A DNA stretch of 64,000 nt, from NCBI GenBank assembly GCA_026026165.1, contig JAPEUD010000017.1, forward strand, positions 62,001 through 126,000. Reading direction: 5' to 3'. The translations under genes were made by a program, and so were the position numbers. Of the stretch, positions 60,735-64,000 are shown piece after piece; position 1 is the stretch's first letter; each line of letters starts with the position of its first letter. The notes below the pieces were generated by a model. That model was not told the origin of the DNA. It made no database searches and saw only the letters and a program-made list of their open reading frames with translations. The stretch is from Sarea resinae. Taxonomy: Eukaryota.

Positions 60735-61855
60735 CGTAGTGGGCGTGGCATTCGTGCATCTACGCAGGAGGACGATTTGGATGCTTGTTCTCAGGAGTAA
60801 TGCTTCTATGTTGAAGCTCAGTAGTGGCCAGCTGTTCCCCGATTCCCATCACCATCGATCCATCTCCCCTCCTTGCACTGCAGGGCGCTATTATCGCCTT
60901 TGACGCTGTTTGAGTTTTGGACATTTTTCGTCGAACGTCTCAGCGTTTGTTTACCCCAGGATGCTCCTTCCCTCTGCGCATTGCAGGATCCCTAAATGCT
61001 CTGGCACCGCCCGATATGGCACCGCCACATTTGATTGGGCAGCACGTCGTATATCCGCGAGACCATCTGGATACTAGCTATCCGTGCAGAGAATATGAAC
61101 CTCGGGTAAGGACGGGAGCTTTCAATGCTGCGGAAATGTACATCATCTTTATCGAATATCCCCTCTGGATAAGCGCCACGGTGATTGGAGAGAAATCCGC
61201 CACAGTCTCCGCCACAGTCTCCAGGGCTGTTGGCCCCCGAGTACCGTGCCTACCGTAGAGACCACGTTGAGATGGAGGCTCGTCTAATCCAGAATCCAGA
61301 GGTGCAATGGAAAGCTGACGATAACCCCCAGCTTAGCAATGCCTGTCCATGTTTCGACCAACACGAGCCGCGATAAACAATGTCATTCAATTGGCACCCC
61401 CTGTTCGCTACGTTCTCCTTCTGCGATGCGCGCGGGACTCGTGAGTACCTGAGACGAGACAGATGGCCAGACTTGGCCAGGGTAGCAGTCAGCCACCAAC
61501 ACCAGTTGCATCTTATTGTGAATTGTGATCGAGGGATCCAGCAGCCCGGCAAATAGGAACAGCGAAAGCCTACCTAGTACCTACCTGTAGGCGGCAGCTA
61601 TCGATCGACGATGCCGTCATTACTAGGGCTCCTGCTTCTGCCCTGTCGCCAGTGGAGGGTCTGCAAGGCGACAACTTTTAGCCGCTGAACCGTAGCCCAA
61701 CGCTGAAAGGCTAGAAGCCGATAGCTGTCGCAAGCTAAGTTGACCCGTCAGCTTATTGCTGTTTGTTCGCGCCCGTGTAGCTAGTTCTGTTCTTTCTCCT
61801 ACACTCGTGACTCTGGATAATATTCTGCTGCAATTTTCAAATCTAGCCTTGCAAC

Positions 61856-64000
61856 ATGCTGCGAAGAAAAGCGTTGAAAGATCAAAACGTGGTGTTCATA
61901 ACGAGCGATAAGGATGCCTTGGAGTCTTCCCGCCCAGAGCTTCCAGGCCCACGACCTCCTCGTCCCCCGAGGAGGAACAGAGACCCCCAACGGTCCATAG
62001 ACGAATTTTGGGCCGGGTTCTCGGTGGAGAATCCGGGGAAAGCCTTTGCCATCCTGCCAGATAATTACCATGCCCGTCGTCTTGCGAGAAAGGCACCCAA
62101 GGGTGTCGCTCGCGGTGAAAATGCCGTCACCTCGTTTGAAGAGGCTAGAGCTACTTGCGAGGCCAAGGTGAAGAAGATCGCCCGGGAATGTCGTCGTGTC
62201 AATCAAAAGTATCGAGATCCCCATTTCGACATAGAGTTTGATCTCAAGGATGAGGGGAGCCCCAAAGACTGCCTCAATGGCTTGACCAGAGACTATGAAT
62301 TCTTCCCAGAGTCTACCAAGCGAGTTGGGGTTAGTCAAGTTCTGCCTGCTCTTGTTGCAAGATGCTAATGTACGAAAAAGGATATCTTTGATGAACCCCG
62401 GTTCTATGTTGATGGTGCTACAGCGAGTGACGTTCGACAAGGGCGTGACGGTGATTGTTGGCTCATGGCAGCTCTCTGTACCCTGTCAAATAAAGAAGAC
62501 CTGATTCAAAACATATGCGTGGCTCGAGACGAGGCAGTCGGAGTATATGGCTTTGTCTTCTATCGTGGTAGGTGGCTAGTACCCAATCTGAAAGTTCTGA
62601 GCTGACGACCTACGGGCAGACGGTGAATGGATTTCTGAGGTTATTGACGATAAGTTATATCTCACTAAAGCAGACTATGATGAGATGCACGAGGATGAGC
62701 GGCCCCGCTGGGAGGCCATTACGAGGATCGACACCGAAGAAGAGTATCGACGAGTTTACCAAAGCGGATCCGGGGCCCTCTATTTTGCTCAATGTAGACA
62801 TCCCAACGAGACGTGGCTTCCCCTACTCGAGAAGGCTTACGCCAAAGCCCATGGGGATTACGGAGCCATCGAAGCTGGCTTCGTTGGAGAAGCAATAGAG
62901 GATCTCACAGCCGGTGTCACGACCGAGCTTTTCTCTTCGGATATCCTTGACAAGGAGAAGTTTTGGAACGAGGAACTGATGAACGTCAACAAGGATTTCT
63001 TGTTCGGGTGCTCTACAGGCTATTTTCGAGAGTATAGTAGCAACAGGAAAGGCATAGTGGGTATGCACGCGTATTCGATAATGAGGGCCGTTGAAAGCCA
63101 CGGGGAGCGCTTGCTTCTTTTGAGGTTCGTGCACTGAATTTGTCGCTGGTGCTTCTCATGCTTACATACGTCTAGGAACCCTTGGGGCGATACCGAATGG
63201 AATGGGCCTTGGAGCGATGGCTCGGAGCAATGGACACCTGAATGGATGACGCGGCTTAATCATCGCTTTGGTGACGACGGGGTAAGTCAAGTCATCTTTT
63301 CGGCACAACGAACAAACCCTGTCTTTGAGGCATCCTATAACGAGATCTGTGCTTACTGTTCAGGCTTTCTGGATCTCCTACAAGGACCTCCTGCGCAAGT
63401 ATCAGCACTTCGACCGGACGCGTTTATTTGGCCCTGATTGGCATATAACACAGCAATGGACTCGATTGGATATTCCTTGGACAGTGTGCTACCACGATAC
63501 CAAATTTGGCATCACTCTCGCCAAGGAAAGCCAAGTTGTGATTGTCTTGTCACAGGTTAATACACCCCCTATCGTGTAAAGTCCATTTCCGTTCTCAATC
63601 TTACAAGTACGCAGCTGGACGAAAGATACTTTATCGGCCTCGAGGGCCAATACACCTTTCAACTACAATTCCGCGTCCACAAAGAAGGCGAGGAAGACTA
63701 CCTCGTCCGGAGCCACGGAAACTACTGCATGTCGCGATCCGTGAGCACGGAATTGACCCTCGAGGCCGGCAAGTACTCTGTCCTGATGAAAGTCGCTGCC
63801 ACGCGGTATCGAGAATGCCCGACCCCGGACGAAGTGATTCGAGATACGTGCCGTGGGAGACGCGATAAGCTGCTGCAGACTGGTCTGTCTTACGACCTTG
63901 CTCATGCCAAGGTGCAAAGGAAAGAGCACGAAGAGATGCCGGAAGAAACCAAGGGCAAAGTTAACCGACCACCTACAGGTGATCTGGCTGCAAAAGAACT
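61856..64000 (+). CDS. Calpain-like (CysPc, peptidase C2) cysteine protease, multi-exon, runs off the window's 3' end
   Basis: DVRQGRDGDCWLMAAL (catalytic Cys), VIDDKL, ETWLPLLEKAYAKAHGDY, HAYS (His), LR|NPWG (Asn), EWNGPWSDGS, FWISYKD, VIVLSQ. Confidence 0.94.

Noticed and set aside
1..64000. tRNA, rRNA, CRISPR arrays, riboswitch
   Set aside because: GTTCGA words lack cloverleaf context; no repeat-spacer array; no TPP riboswitch consensus seen; sequence is eukaryotic.

Overview
Gene-dense, intron-rich genomic DNA from a filamentous ascomycete (Pezizomycotina-type: short GT-AG introns with CTRAY branch points, about 50% GC). The six-frame ORF track shows only exon fragments, so gene models were re-spliced by eye. 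About 19 protein genes are supported. Recognisable families: EMP65/TAPT1, a LaeA-like methyltransferase with 10 exons, MAM3, BCKDH E1-beta, a KCH K+ transporter, REI1, an AZUL-HECT E3 ligase, a histidine phosphatase, a CYP617-like P450, TIM17, SFC1/acuL, isoaspartyl peptidase/asparaginase, a YqjM-class OYE, an alpha/beta-hydrolase fold protein and a 3'-truncated calpain-like protease. There are also three conserved hypotheticals and three orphan TM/coiled-coil genes. No tRNA, rRNA, CRISPR or intact transposon was seen. Most notable: (1) an orphan membrane-anchored coiled-coil gene (6056-8128) built from duplicated exon+intron units whose splice junctions each create a C-x-x-H-G motif, next to a TpA-rich, RIP-like flank; (2) a start codon created by splicing (A|TG) in the phosphatase gene; (3) a TACTCCGTA/TACGGAGTA 9-mer recurring in upstream regions; (4) a GC-AG intron in the KCH gene; (5) a probable pseudo-hydrolase. 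Family calls come from motif recognition, not database searches.
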